64,000 nucleotides of DNA from NCBI GenBank assembly GCA_963761335.1, contig CAVXGR010000007.1, positions 64,001-128,000 of the forward strand, given 5' to 3'. Positions 9,406 through 19,506 of the stretch are shown piece after piece. Position 1 is the first letter of the stretch. Every line of letters starts with the position of its first letter. A program made the position numbers and the translations under genes. This stretch comes from an uncultured delta proteobacterium. GTDB lineage: Bacteria; Desulfobacterota; Binatia; HRBIN30; BPIQ01. A model generated the notes under the pieces. The model did not search any database. It saw nothing but the letters and a program-made list of their open reading frames with translations, and was not told where the DNA came from.

Positions 9406-10497
9406 CTAGGCCGCTTGCGCCTGGCTCCGCTCGTAGGCGAGCCAGCGAGCTCGCAGCCGCAGTGCCAGCTTGCGCGCCACCGCCACGATGGCCTTCTTCT
9501 TGCCGACCCGCGGCCACAGTCTCTGGTAGAACTCCCGCAGCTCGGCATCGCCACGGGTACCGCGAGCAACCCAGGCGCACTGGATGATCCACGAGCGAAT
9601 GAAGGCGGGACCGCACTTGCGAATCCGACCCCGTCGCACGGTGTCGCCGGTGCTGTGCTCCTGGGGCGCGAGGCCGTAGAAGTTGACGATGGAGTCGGCG
9701 GTGGCAAATCGATGGATGTCGCCCACCTCGAGCACGAAGCGAATCGCGGTGAATTTGCCCACACCGGACTGCGCGGTGAGCGCCTGAACCAGTGGCTTGT
9801 ACTGCGGCAGGGCAGCGACCCCAAGCAGCTCTGTCTTGAGCATCTTGGTGCTCATCGCGGCGCTCTGGCGCAGGATGAGCAGCTGCGCCACACAGGCCTT
9901 GAGGGCGGGGGCGAACTCCTGGGCCGCCAGCCACTGCCCGAGCGTCGACCAGCCGGCGCTCGGCGCAGGCGGCATGTATCCGTGCTCTTGGAGCAGCATG
10001 CGCACTCTGGCTTGCTGTCTCTTGCGATCGCGCAGAGCGGCATCGTAAGTGCGCGACAGCTGGCGCAGCTGGTGACAGTTCCGGACCGGAATGTGGATGC
10101 CTTTGAGCATTCCTCTCTCGTAGCGCAGTGCCAGGCCGCTGGCGTCGTGTCCATCGGTCTTCACGTGGCTGCCGGGTGCCTTCTCCACGGTGCTCGGCGG
10201 CACCACCAGCACATCGAGTCCCTGCGCCTGCGCCCACCAGGCGATCTCGTAGCCGAAGCCGCAGGCCTCGTAGACGATGTGCACGTGGCAGCCGTAGCCC
10301 CGGTACTCGCCTGCCAGAGCTTGGAGGTGGCAGAGCTCGCCGGGGGTGCTCAGCCGCCGCTGCTCCAGCCCACTCCAGCGACAGGTGTAGACCCATTTCG
10401 AGCGCGACAGATCGACACCGATGATCACGCTCTCGCCGGCGGCGGGGCGCGTTGGGAGGTGTTGCTTGCCTACGGGCTTTAGAACTAATCTTCGCAT
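9406..10497 (-). CDS. IS110/IS1111-family transposase (DEDD RuvC-like recombinase)
   Basis: IIGVDLS, VYEACG, KTDGHDA (DEDD tetrad); C-terminal GVGKFTA and YGLAPQEHSTG. ATG 10497 preceded by GGAAGGAG. Confidence 0.95.
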   Translation of the reverse strand: MRRLVLKPVGKQHLPTRPAAGESVIIGVDLSRSKWVYTCRWSGLEQRRLSTPGELCHLQALAGEYRGYGCHVHIVYEACGFGYEIAWWAQAQGLDVLVVPPSTVEKAPGSHVKTDGHDASGLALRYERGMLKGIHIPVRNCHQLRQLSRTYDAALRDRKRQQARVRMLLQEHGYMPPAPSAGWSTLGQWLAAQEFAPALKACVAQLLILRQSAAMSTKMLKTELLGVAALPQYKPLVQALTAQSGVGKFTAIRFVLEVGDIHRFATADSIVNFYGLAPQEHSTGDTVRRGRIRKCGPAFIRSWIIQCAWVARGTRGDAELREFYQRLWPRVGKKKAIVAVARKLALRLRARWLAYERSQAQAA

Positions 10498-11139
10498 GGG
10501 AGTCTCCTTCCGTTTTGCTGCCTGCGATGCAGCGTTGCTGAACGCCACTGTGGCGTCTCGCGTTTCTGAGAAGGAGGCTCCCCTTTTCGGCGCGATAAGG
10601 CACGCGTTGCCTCTGCCCCCTCTGCTCCGGGTGGAGCGTTCCGCCTTGTCCGCAGGCGGAAAGGTCTCCCTTTCCGCCATAGGAGCCCCCACCAGCCGCA
10701 GCGGAGCGGGGGTCAAGGACGATTTTGTTCCGCGAGGAATCGGCGCCGACCGCAGGGAGGCGACGAGGGGAATATGGTCCTTGAGGCCCGCGGGAGCGGA
10801 GGCTACCAACCCCCCTCGCGTTCGAGCTCCCCGCGGCAATCACCATGCCGTACATGGTAACCCCCGCCAAGTAATGCGGGAGAGGGAACCCGCCCCCGAA
10901 GCGTACCCAACAGGATTTTCGAAGCAGTGCACCTTTTCAGCGATGGGGGGCACCTCGGCTCGGAGGAGACCTCCTTGCGCCGAAAGGGAGCCCGGCCCCT
11001 GTCTTCCCTCCCGCCTCGCCCCGGCATTCCCGCAAACGGGCGGCGCGGTTCTGCGAGGGATTCTTGACGGCCGTTCGCCTGGCCGGAGGCCCCGGAAGCC
11101 ACTGCTGCCATGGCCCAGCGCTTGCTGGCCGCGGAACCC

Positions 11140-11601
11140 ATGGACGACTTCTTCCGCTTCACATCTCGAGCCGCGGCGGCGCTCGCACCGGCGATCTGCC
11201 TCGCCCTTCTGGTCGCGGCCACACCGTCGCGACCGGCCTGGGGTGCCGAGGCCCTGGCGGCCACCGGCAGCGATGCGGTCGAGAGCCAATTCGCGGCATT
11301 CTGCAAATCCTGGATGGAGAAGGTCTCGGCGCGCCAGAGCGACAACCAGGGGCACATCAGCTGGCACGCCGCCGGCGGCGGCGTCGAAGGCGACTACATC
11401 GGCTACGGGCCCGCACGGCGCTGCGAGGTGAAGAGGAACACGCCCAGCGGCGTACCAGTGGGCAAGCTCGTCTACTACGAGTTCCGCTACAGAAAGCAGG
11501 GCCCTTCCGCCGAAGCGGCCGCCGTCAAGCCACCCGAGGTGGAGGACACCACCGAGGTCACCGAGATCTTCCGCTACGCCGACGGCAAGTGGGTGTACTA
11601 G
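11140..11601 (+). CDS. Secreted hypothetical protein
   Basis: Signal peptide-like N-terminus (LALLVAATPSRPAWG-AE), two Cys, ends EIFRYADGKWVY. Alternative start 11110. Confidence 0.75.
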   Translation: MDDFFRFTSRAAAALAPAICLALLVAATPSRPAWGAEALAATGSDAVESQFAAFCKSWMEKVSARQSDNQGHISWHAAGGGVEGDYIGYGPARRCEVKRNTPSGVPVGKLVYYEFRYRKQGPSAEAAAVKPPEVEDTTEVTEIFRYADGKWVY

Positions 11602-11609
11602 ATTAGATA

Positions 11610-11695
11610 GTTGCTCAGTTGTCGAGTTATCGAGTTACCGAGTCACTGAGCCAAACCCGACAACCCGACAGCCCTGTAGCCCGACAACCCGATAA
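11610..11695. repeat. Imperfect palindrome of 8-nt tandem units between convergent genes
   Basis: GTTGTCGA GTTATCGA GTTACCGA ... AACCCGAC AACCCGAC ... AACCCGAT. Confidence 0.65.
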
Positions 11696-11701
11696 GCAAT
11701 T

Positions 11702-13144
11702 TCACCCGTGAATCGGCGGGCGGCGCTGCGCCCAAGGCGCCGCGTTCTCGAGCTGCGCGCCGACCCGCAGCAGGAGATCCTCGCGCCCATACGGCGCCAC
11801 CAGCTGTGAGCCGACCGGCAGACCGCCCTCGGTCCAGTGCAGCGGCAGCGAGATCGCCGGCTGCCCGGAGAGATTGAACGGCAAGGTGAAGACTCCGTAG
11901 GGCGCGGCGCGCATGAAGGCGCGCAGCGGCTCCTCGGGGGTCGATGAGACGAAGCCGATCTCCGGCGGCGGCGCCGCCTGCGTCGGCGTCAGCAGCAGGT
12001 CGAAGCCGCCGGCCCACCAAGCGGCGAGGCGGCGACCGAAGCGGTGCACAAAGTCGAGGCTCGCCAGCAGGCCGGCAGCGGAGACGTCGCGGCCGCGCCC
12101 GGCGATCGCCCAGGTGAGTACCTCGACGTCGTCGGCGCCGATGGTGTGACCGATCTTCTGGCTCCACGCGTCGAGAGCGCCGGCGACGTTGCAGGCGACG
12201 ATGTTCACGTAGTGGAGAACCGCCTCGGTATCGTCGAGAGCTTCCGGATGCGCCTCCTCGACGCTGTGGCCGAGATCGGCGAGCAATCGCGCCGTTGCCT
12301 CGACGGCGGCGATGACTTCGGCATGAGTCTCGAGGCCACGCGGTGCGCTCGGCATGAAGCCGACGCGCAGCTTGCCGGCGGCAGCACCGACCTCGGCCGA
12401 GAACGGCCGCGCCGGCGGCGCGGCGTAATACGGATCCCCGGGCATCGGCCCGCAGGTGACGTCGAGCAGCGCCGCCGCGTCGCGGACCGAACGGGTGACG
12501 GCAAACTCCACCGACAGGCCGCTCCAGCGCTCGCCCGCCCCCGGGCCGAACGAGTTGCGGCCGCGCGTCGTCTTCAGACCGACGAGCCCACACATGCTCG
12601 CCGGGCCGCGAATCGAGCCGCCACCGTCGCTGGCGTGCGCCATCGGCACGATTCCGGCGGCCACTGCTGCGGCGGAGCCACCGCTCGAGCCACCGGCGCT
12701 GTGACCCGGATTCCACGGGTTGCGCGTCGGCCCGTAGGCCGCGGGCTCCGAGACCGGCAACAGGCCCAGCTCCGGAGTATTGGTTCGTCCGAGCGACAGC
12801 AGACCGGCCCCGGTGAACCGGCGCGTCAGATAGCCGTCCTCCTTCTCGACCCAGCCCGCTCTCTTCAGTGCCGCCATGCCGGCGTGATGCGGCTGCCCGG
12901 CCTCGGGACCGCCGAGATCCTTCATCAGGAAGGGCACGCCGCGAAACGGGCCGCCCGGCAGCGACTCCGAGGCGGCGCCCTCCCGTGCCCGCTCGAGGCA
13001 GGGATGGATGACGGCGTTGAGCTGCGGGTTCAGACGCTCCAATCGGGCGATGGCGGCGTCCACCAGCTCCAGCGGCGACAGCTCGCCGCGGCGCACCAGA
13101 TCGGCCTGCGCCGTGGCATCGAGAAGAGAAAGCTCGTCGGACAT
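11702..13144 (-). CDS. Amidase (amidase signature family)
   Basis: [35 protein letters not shown]. Confidence 0.95.
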   Translation of the reverse strand: MSDELSLLDATAQADLVRRGELSPLELVDAAIARLERLNPQLNAVIHPCLERAREGAASESLPGGPFRGVPFLMKDLGGPEAGQPHHAGMAALKRAGWVEKEDGYLTRRFTGAGLLSLGRTNTPELGLLPVSEPAAYGPTRNPWNPGHSAGGSSGGSAAAVAAGIVPMAHASDGGGSIRGPASMCGLVGLKTTRGRNSFGPGAGERWSGLSVEFAVTRSVRDAAALLDVTCGPMPGDPYYAAPPARPFSAEVGAAAGKLRVGFMPSAPRGLETHAEVIAAVEATARLLADLGHSVEEAHPEALDDTEAVLHYVNIVACNVAGALDAWSQKIGHTIGADDVEVLTWAIAGRGRDVSAAGLLASLDFVHRFGRRLAAWWAGGFDLLLTPTQAAPPPEIGFVSSTPEEPLRAFMRAAPYGVFTLPFNLSGQPAISLPLHWTEGGLPVGSQLVAPYGREDLLLRVGAQLENAAPWAQRRPPIHG

Positions 13145-13187
13145 GGATCGACGGCGTAGCGCATTCGCACCGCCGTTGCCAGAAGCA

Positions 13188-13265
13188 GGTTGTTAGGTTG
13201 TTGGGGTGTTGGGTTGTTCAGCCGATTCCAAACTAACAACCTGACAACGCAACAACCTAACAACC
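13188..13265. repeat. Imperfect palindrome of 8-nt GGTTGTTA/TAACAACC units
   Basis: GGTTGTTAGGTTGTTGG...CTAACAACCTGACAACGCAACAACCTAACAACC. Similar element at 24856-24946. Confidence 0.75.
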
Positions 13266-13269
13266 ATCT

Positions 13270-14406
13270 TCACTGCACCTGCTTGCGGAAGAAGGCCGTC
13301 GCCAGAGTGAGAATGAGAATGCCGTAGACGAGCAGGATCAGCGCCTCGCCCTGGAGCTCCGACCAGCCGACGCCCTTGAGGAAGATGCCGCGGACGATGG
13401 TGATGTAGTAGCGCAGGGGAATGATGTAGGTCATCTTCTGCACCGCCGGCGGCATGCTGGCGATGGGGAACATGAACCCGGAGAAGAACATGTTCGGCAG
13501 GATGACGAACTGCCCGGCCATCGACGCCTGCTGCTGGGTATTCGAGACTGCCGACACCACCAGCCCCATCCCCAGGCAGGTGAGGATGAAGAGCCCGGTG
13601 AGCGCGAAGAGCATGAGGACGCTGCCGCTGATGGCGACGTCGAACCAGTAGGTTCCCACCAGGATCACCACTGTGACGTTGATGTATCCCAGGCCGATGA
13701 AGGGCACGGCCTTGCCGATGATCAGCTCGTAGCGGCGGATGGGCGACACCAGGATCTGCTCGATGGTGCCCCGCTCCTTCTCCTTGACGATGGCGATGGC
13801 GGTGAGGATGACCAGCGACTCCATCAGCAGGACACAGATGATCCCGGGCACCATGAAGCGGATGCTGCGCAGCTCGGGGTTGAACCAGACGCGAGGCTCG
13901 GCGGAGACCAGCGGCGGTTTCGCCAGCAGCGCCTCGCCGCCGCCGCCGGGCACCATTACATCGATCGCCTGCGAGAGCGTCGCCTGCTCCAGATAGGAGA
14001 CGGCGATCATCGCCGTGTTCGAGTTGCTGCCGTCCACCGCCGCCATCACCTGAGCCGGCTCGCGGCGCGCCAGCTTGTTGGCGAAGTCGGGCGGAATCAC
14101 CAAGGCGACGCGCACCGTGCCGCGGTCGAGCATCGCGTCGACCTCACCGATACGCTGGCACTCGACGCGCACGCGGAAGTAGCCGCTGCGCTCCAACTGC
14201 GCCACGTAGGCGCGGCTCTCGGCGCTGTGGCTGTAGTCGCACACCGCCAGGTCGATGTTGTCGATGTCGGTGGCGACCACGTAGCCGAAGATGAACAGCT
14301 CGATCACCGGCATCATCAACACCAGGCCGAACATGCGGCGGTCGCGGCGGATCTGGATGACCTCCTTCCAGACGATCTGATAGATGCGGGCGAGCGAGGC
14401 GATCAC
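13270..14406 (-). CDS. ABC-2 type exporter permease (YbhR-like)
   Basis: VWFNPEL, IVKEKERGTIEQILVSPI, SGFMFPIASMP. Confidence 0.92.
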   Translation of the reverse strand: MIASLARIYQIVWKEVIQIRRDRRMFGLVLMMPVIELFIFGYVVATDIDNIDLAVCDYSHSAESRAYVAQLERSGYFRVRVECQRIGEVDAMLDRGTVRVALVIPPDFANKLARREPAQVMAAVDGSNSNTAMIAVSYLEQATLSQAIDVMVPGGGGEALLAKPPLVSAEPRVWFNPELRSIRFMVPGIICVLLMESLVILTAIAIVKEKERGTIEQILVSPIRRYELIIGKAVPFIGLGYINVTVVILVGTYWFDVAISGSVLMLFALTGLFILTCLGMGLVVSAVSNTQQQASMAGQFVILPNMFFSGFMFPIASMPPAVQKMTYIIPLRYYITIVRGIFLKGVGWSELQGEALILLVYGILILTLATAFFRKQVQ

Positions 14407-14412
14407 GCGTCT

Positions 14413-15561
14413 CTACTCCAGACGCTCGCGGAAGCGCATGGCGCTCAGCGAGATGATGGCGGCCGCAAAGATGGCCATGAAGACCGCATCCGGCCACAGC
14501 ACCGATATGCCGATGCCCTTCAGATAGATGCCGCGGATGGCGTCGACGAAGTACCGTCCCGGAAAGAAGTAGGTGAGAACCTGGATGGCCACCGGCATGT
14601 ACTCGATCGGGAAGACGAAGCCGGAGAGCAGCACCGAGGGCAGCAGGGAGATGAAGACGGCGGCGAGCATCGCCGTCTGCATGTTGTCGGCGATGGTGGA
14701 GACGAAGACGCCCACCCCCAGAGAGCAGACCAGGTAGAGCACGGAGAATATCGACAGCTGCAGCAGGCTACCCTTGATGGGCACCTGGAAGAGCAGGTAG
14801 CCGGCGGCGATGATGATCGCCAGATCGATGACGGCAATGACGACGTAGGGAATGATCTTGCCGAGCATCATCTCCAGCGGGCGGATCGGCGAGGTGAGGA
14901 TCTGCTCGATGGTGCCCCGCTCCTTCTCCTTGACGATGCTCAGTGCGGTCAGAATGGCGCCGACGATCATCATGATCACGGCAATGACTCCCGGAACGAT
15001 GAAGTTGACGCTCTTCAGCTCGGGGTTGTACCAGACGCGGCTGGCCACCTCGATGGGCGGCGCCGTCGCCTGCACCCCGGAGCGCAGGCGCGCGCCGAAC
15101 AGATTGACCACCGCCAGAGCGTAGCCCTGGGCAATGGTCGCCGTGTTGGCGTCGGAGCCGTCGATCAGCACCTGCACGGAGGTCGGCTGCTCGCCGCGCA
15201 GCTTGTCGGCAAAGTCGTAGGGGATGACCACTGCGGCGCGCACCTTCTCGGTGGACAGGGCTCGATCGACCTGTGACTGGTGGCTGGCGTACACCACGGC
15301 AAGAAAGTAGCCGGAGCGGGTCATATCCTGGATCAGGGCGCGGCTTTCGGGCGTCTCGCTGTAGTCGAGGATCGCCAGCGGCACCTTGTCGACGTCGTAG
15401 CGGATGCCGTAGCCGTACATGACCAGCATGCTGATCGGGTAGAGAAAGGTGAGCACCAGGCTGCGGCGATCGCGGCGGACGTCGATGAACTCGCGGCGCA
15501 TGATGGCGCGGATCCGGCGCAACGAGCGGCGCAGCCGCCCCTCGGAATCGGCGGCGCTCAC
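14413..15561 (-). CDS. ABC-2 type exporter permease (YbhS-like)
   Basis: DGSDANTA, VWYNPEL, IVKEKERGTIEQILTSPI. Confidence 0.92.
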   Translation of the reverse strand: MSAADSEGRLRRSLRRIRAIMRREFIDVRRDRRSLVLTFLYPISMLVMYGYGIRYDVDKVPLAILDYSETPESRALIQDMTRSGYFLAVVYASHQSQVDRALSTEKVRAAVVIPYDFADKLRGEQPTSVQVLIDGSDANTATIAQGYALAVVNLFGARLRSGVQATAPPIEVASRVWYNPELKSVNFIVPGVIAVIMMIVGAILTALSIVKEKERGTIEQILTSPIRPLEMMLGKIIPYVVIAVIDLAIIIAAGYLLFQVPIKGSLLQLSIFSVLYLVCSLGVGVFVSTIADNMQTAMLAAVFISLLPSVLLSGFVFPIEYMPVAIQVLTYFFPGRYFVDAIRGIYLKGIGISVLWPDAVFMAIFAAAIISLSAMRFRERLE

Positions 15562-16511
15562 CGCTCACCTCCGCCGGCCGCCGGCTCCGTGCTGCGCTCG
15601 ATGATGGCCACGAAGGCGTCCTCCAGTGACGGCTCGATGCGCTCGACGCGGTGCAGGGCAACGCCGGCGCGCCCCAGCGCCTCGTCGATGGCGCCACGGG
15701 CCTTCTCCTCGTCGGTCGCGACCACGTGCAGCGCATTGCCAAACAGCGCCACCCCGGCGATGGCGCTCTCCCGCTTCAGGGCCGCGAAGGCCGCCATCAG
15801 ATCGCCGCACTCGACCTCCAGCAGGGCGCGGTCCGTGTACCGATGCTTGAGCTCGCTCGGGCTCCCCGAGGCGATGATGCGGCCGCCATAGATCAGCGCC
15901 AGCTCGTCGCAATGCTCCGCCTCGTCCATGAAGTGCGTGGTGACGAAGACGGTGATGCCGCGCTCGGCGAGGCTGCCGATCATCTCCCAGAAGTCGCGGC
16001 GCGAGGCCGGATCGACGCCGGAGGTCGGCTCGTCCAGGAAGAGAATGGGCGGCTGGTGGAGAACGGCGCAGCCGAGCGCCAGCCGCTGGCGCCAGCCGCC
16101 CGCCAGATCTGCGGTCTTCATTTCGCCGCGCCCCTCGAGGTCGGCCATGCGCAGCGCCCAGGCGATCCGCTCCTGGCGCTGCGCGCCGCGCACCCCGTAG
16201 ATACCGGCGAAGAAGCGCAGGTTCTCCTCCACGGTGAGGTCCTCGTAGAGCGAGAACTTCTGCGACATGTAGCCGATGCGGTTCTTCACCTCCTCGGGCT
16301 CACGCATGACGTCGAAGCCGCCGACCACGGCGCGCCCGGAGGACGGCCGCAGAATGCCGCACAGCATGCGGATGGTGGTGGACTTGCCGGCGCCGTTGGG
16401 TCCGAGAAAGCCGAAGACGGTTCCCTTCTGCACGGCCAGATCGATGTGGTCGACGGCGATGAAGTCACCGAAGACGCGCGTCAGACCCTCGACCTCGACG
16501 GCGACGCTCAT
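15558..16511 (-). CDS. ABC transporter ATP-binding protein
   Basis: GPNGAGKST, LAGGWRQR, LDEPTSGVD, TTHFMDEAE. Confidence 0.95.
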   Translation of the reverse strand: MSVAVEVEGLTRVFGDFIAVDHIDLAVQKGTVFGFLGPNGAGKSTTIRMLCGILRPSSGRAVVGGFDVMREPEEVKNRIGYMSQKFSLYEDLTVEENLRFFAGIYGVRGAQRQERIAWALRMADLEGRGEMKTADLAGGWRQRLALGCAVLHQPPILFLDEPTSGVDPASRRDFWEMIGSLAERGITVFVTTHFMDEAEHCDELALIYGGRIIASGSPSELKHRYTDRALLEVECGDLMAAFAALKRESAIAGVALFGNALHVVATDEEKARGAIDEALGRAGVALHRVERIEPSLEDAFVAIIERSTEPAAGGGER

Positions 16512-17446
16512 GGCGGCGGCGCCTCCGCCCGGCGCATGTACTCGAGAAACACGTCCTCCAGCGATGGCTCGCGCACCTTCCAGTCATCGATGGAGATGCC
16601 GGCGGCGCGGGCGCGCTCCACCGCCCTTTCGGCGTCCATCTCCGCCCGCGGCACGGTAACATGGATGCGGTCGCCGAAGAGAACCGAGCTGCGCAGACCC
16701 TCGACCTGCCGCAGGGAGCGCTGCACCTCTCGCGGCCGCGGCAAGCGCAGCTCGAGGACACTGACGCCGAGGTCGCTCTTCAGCTGCGGCGGCGCCCCGC
16801 AGGCGATCAGGCGGCCGCCGAGCAGGAAGCCGACGCGCCGGCACCGCTCGGCCTCGTCCATGTAGGGAGTGGTCAGCAATATGGTCGATCCTTCCTGCAG
16901 CAGGTCGTAGAGGATCAGCCAGAAGTCGCGGCGCGACAGCGGGTCGACGCCGATGGTGGGCTCGTCGAGCAGCAGGATCTCGGGCTGGTGGATCAGACAA
17001 GCCGCCAGGCTGAGCTTCTGCTTCATGCCACCGGAGAGGTTGCGCGCCAGGCGATCCTGGAAGGGGCCGAGACGACTGAACTCCAGGAGGCGGCCGATGC
17101 GCTCGCGGCGCTTGCCGTGTGGCACGCCCCACACCTCGGCAACGTAGAGCAGGTTTTCCAGGACCGTCAGGGTCTCCGACAGGCTGAAGCGCTGCGACAT
17201 ATAGCCGATGTGGCGCTTCACCTCGGCCGGGCTTGTCGTGCTGTCGACGCCGGCGACCTCGACGACCCCGCCACTGGGCTTCAGCAGGCAGGCGAGAACG
17301 CGCAGGAAGGTCGTCTTGCCGGCGCCGTCCGGGCCGACCAGCCCGAACAGCTCGCCGCGATGCACGTCGAAGGTGACGTCGCGCAGCGCCTCGACGGCAC
17401 CGTAGCTCTTGGCGACGTGCACGGCATGGATGGCGGCCTCGGGCAT
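16508..17446 (-). CDS. ABC transporter ATP-binding protein
   Basis: GPDGAGKTT, LSGGMKQK, LDEPTIGVD, TTPYMDEAE. Confidence 0.95.
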   Translation of the reverse strand: MPEAAIHAVHVAKSYGAVEALRDVTFDVHRGELFGLVGPDGAGKTTFLRVLACLLKPSGGVVEVAGVDSTTSPAEVKRHIGYMSQRFSLSETLTVLENLLYVAEVWGVPHGKRRERIGRLLEFSRLGPFQDRLARNLSGGMKQKLSLAACLIHQPEILLLDEPTIGVDPLSRRDFWLILYDLLQEGSTILLTTPYMDEAERCRRVGFLLGGRLIACGAPPQLKSDLGVSVLELRLPRPREVQRSLRQVEGLRSSVLFGDRIHVTVPRAEMDAERAVERARAAGISIDDWKVREPSLEDVFLEYMRRAEAPPP

Positions 17447-17456
17447 GGGAACGCCC

Positions 17457-18458
17457 TCACGGACTTTGGTTCAGTGGCAGGATCACGTCGGCCGGCATTC
17501 CGGGCTTCAGTGCTCCGTCGCGCGTCTGCATCTCCACCTTGACCCGATAGACCAGCTTGACGCGCTCGTCCGGTGTCTGGATGTTCTTGGGAGTGAACTC
17601 GGCGCGGTCGGCGACGAAAGTGACAGCGCCGGGAAAGGGCTCCTTCGGGAAGGAATCGATGGTGACCCAGGCCTTCATCCCCAGCCGCACCTTGCCGAGA
17701 TTTCGCTCGCTGACGTAGAGGTTCACCCAGGGGCGGCTCAGGTCGCCGATGGTCACCACCGGCGTGCCCGGCTGCACCATCTCGCCGGCCTCGCGGCTCT
17801 TGCTCAGCACCCGCCCGGACGACGGGGCGTAGAGCGTCGTGCGCGACAGGTCCAGCTCCGCCAGCTCGAGCTCTGCCTTCGCCTGCTGGAGGCGCGCCCG
17901 CGCCCCCTCGATCTCCTCGGTGCGGAAGCCCTCGCGCAGCAGGTTCAGCTGTGCCTGGGCGCGGTCGCGCTCGGCCTTGGCGCTCGCCAGGGCGTTGTTG
18001 ACGCGGTCGAGCTCCCCCTGGGAGACGATTCCCTGGCCGCGCAGCTCGGCGACACGGTCGTACTCGCGCTGCGCCAGGCGCACCTGACTCTCGGCGGCAT
18101 CGAGGGCGGCGAGCGCCTGGTCCACTTCCTGCGCCCGCGCTCCCCGCAGCATCATCTTGTACTGCGCCTCGGCCCCCTCCTTCGCCGCCACCGCACGCTG
18201 CACTTGGAGGCGGTACTCGCGATCGTCCAGACGGGCAATCGGCTCGCCGCGGTCGAGCATGGCACCCTCGTCGACCATGCGCTCGATCATGCGGCCGGGG
18301 ACCTCGAAGGCGGCGTCGACCTGGGTCACCTCGATGATCCCCGAGCCGGTGATCGCCTGCTCCTCATTCTGGCGGACCACGCGCCAGCGCCACACCGCCG
18401 CGGCGGCAACGGCGACGACGGCGACGGCGACGACGGCGATGAGCCTGCCCCTAGACAT
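17457..18458 (-). CDS. HlyD-family membrane fusion protein (YbhG-like)
   Basis: N-terminal TM, coiled hairpin, AEFTPKNIQT, LKPGMPAD. ATG at 18458. Confidence 0.92.
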   Translation of the reverse strand: MSRGRLIAVVAVAVVAVAAAAVWRWRVVRQNEEQAITGSGIIEVTQVDAAFEVPGRMIERMVDEGAMLDRGEPIARLDDREYRLQVQRAVAAKEGAEAQYKMMLRGARAQEVDQALAALDAAESQVRLAQREYDRVAELRGQGIVSQGELDRVNNALASAKAERDRAQAQLNLLREGFRTEEIEGARARLQQAKAELELAELDLSRTTLYAPSSGRVLSKSREAGEMVQPGTPVVTIGDLSRPWVNLYVSERNLGKVRLGMKAWVTIDSFPKEPFPGAVTFVADRAEFTPKNIQTPDERVKLVYRVKVEMQTRDGALKPGMPADVILPLNQSP

Positions 18459-18653
18459 CTCCAGATTTAGAGCACAATCGCCGCGCTCACGCACCCTGCG
18501 GGACAGCCAGAGGGGACTGGCTCCTTTTCGGCGCAATGGCGCTTCACTAAAGCCTTCGGCCTCCGCTGCCGAAAGGTGCCTGTCCCCGGCCGTCTGCGCA
18601 GGCGGGGACAGGCACCTCGCCGCTGTCGTCAGAACTCGGACCGCAAAAGTAGC

Positions 18654-19380
18654 CTGCTTCGAAAATCTGTTGGGTGTGCGCTTCGGGGGCGCGTTCCCTC
18701 TCCCGCATTACTTGGCGGGAGAGGGTCAGGGTGAGGGTGCCGATCTCTGTGAAGGCCGTGGAGATTCACGAGCTTTCAGTGAGACAGGAACCCCTCACCT
18801 TGATCCTCTCCCCGCGGAAAGATGCGGGGAGAGGAGACCCGCCCCCGTGGCGCGGAAGTATCATCGCAAGCGTCTGATCAGTGAATCAGGACGCCGTCCA
18901 TTTTCATCGTCTGTTGGTGAGCCGCAGGCTCATGACGCACTGCTTCGAAAATCTATTGGGTGATGGTCTGGCGGAGTCCCGGCGCTGGGGTGGAGGCTTA
19001 TCGCCCCGCAGGGGCGTAGGCATGTAGCCCCGAGTGTTAACCCGGGGACCGCGTTCCGATTGGCCCAGATCAGCGCCCCGCAGGGGCGCAGGCATGTAGC
19101 CCCGAGTGTTAACCCGGGGACCGCGTTCCGATTGGCCCAGATCAGCGCCCCGCAGGGGCGCGGGCGTAGAGGCGCGACATCGACGGAAGTTTGCCCGCGC
19201 CCCCTGGCGGGGCGCCTATGACGGAGCGCGCATTTTTCCCCGGGTTTCACCCGGGGCTACACGCCACCGCCCCTCCGGGGCGAACTTCGCCCAGGCGAGA
19301 ACCGCCAAATCTCTCTACGGGGCAGATCCCCAGCCTCATTTTCATCGTCTGTTGGTGGGCCGCAGGCTCATGACGCACTG
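18654..19380. repeat. Composite REP/MITE-like cluster: IS-free inverted homologue of 8547-9146 + 10863-10930, with a 72-bp tandem duplication
   Basis: Reverse complement aligns with both IS flanks. Tandem units 19002-19073 and 19074-19145. CTGCTTCGAAAATCTRTTGGGT direct repeats at 18654 and 18940. 18901-18942 is repeated at about 19339-19380. Confidence 0.88.
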
Positions 19381-19506
19381 TCCCCTTGGGCCTGCGAGGG
19401 GAAGAAGGGCTGCATTTGCTGCGCTCTGAGCGTTGTGGCGTGGCGCCGTAGCGTGAGACGAGGAGATGGGCTCACGCAACGGCGCCACGGCGCCACGACG
19501 TATCCG

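Larger units (their letters stand above)
9147..10862 (-). mobile_element. IS110-family insertion sequence, IS1111 subgroup
   Basis: Boundaries defined by the uninterrupted homologous site at about 18695-18737. Sub-terminal IRs ATGTACGGC (7 nt from left end) and GCCGTCAT (3 nt from right end). No long target duplication. DEDD recombinase gene inside. Confidence 0.9.

Noticed and set aside
8930..10870. 646-aa ORF spanning the IS as a second IS protein
   Set aside because: Low-complexity off-frame reading that runs past the element boundary into flanking repeat DNA.
19002..19160. Possible CRISPR array
   Set aside because: Whole 72-bp units are duplicated with no unique spacers, and there are no cas genes; it is a tandem REP duplication.
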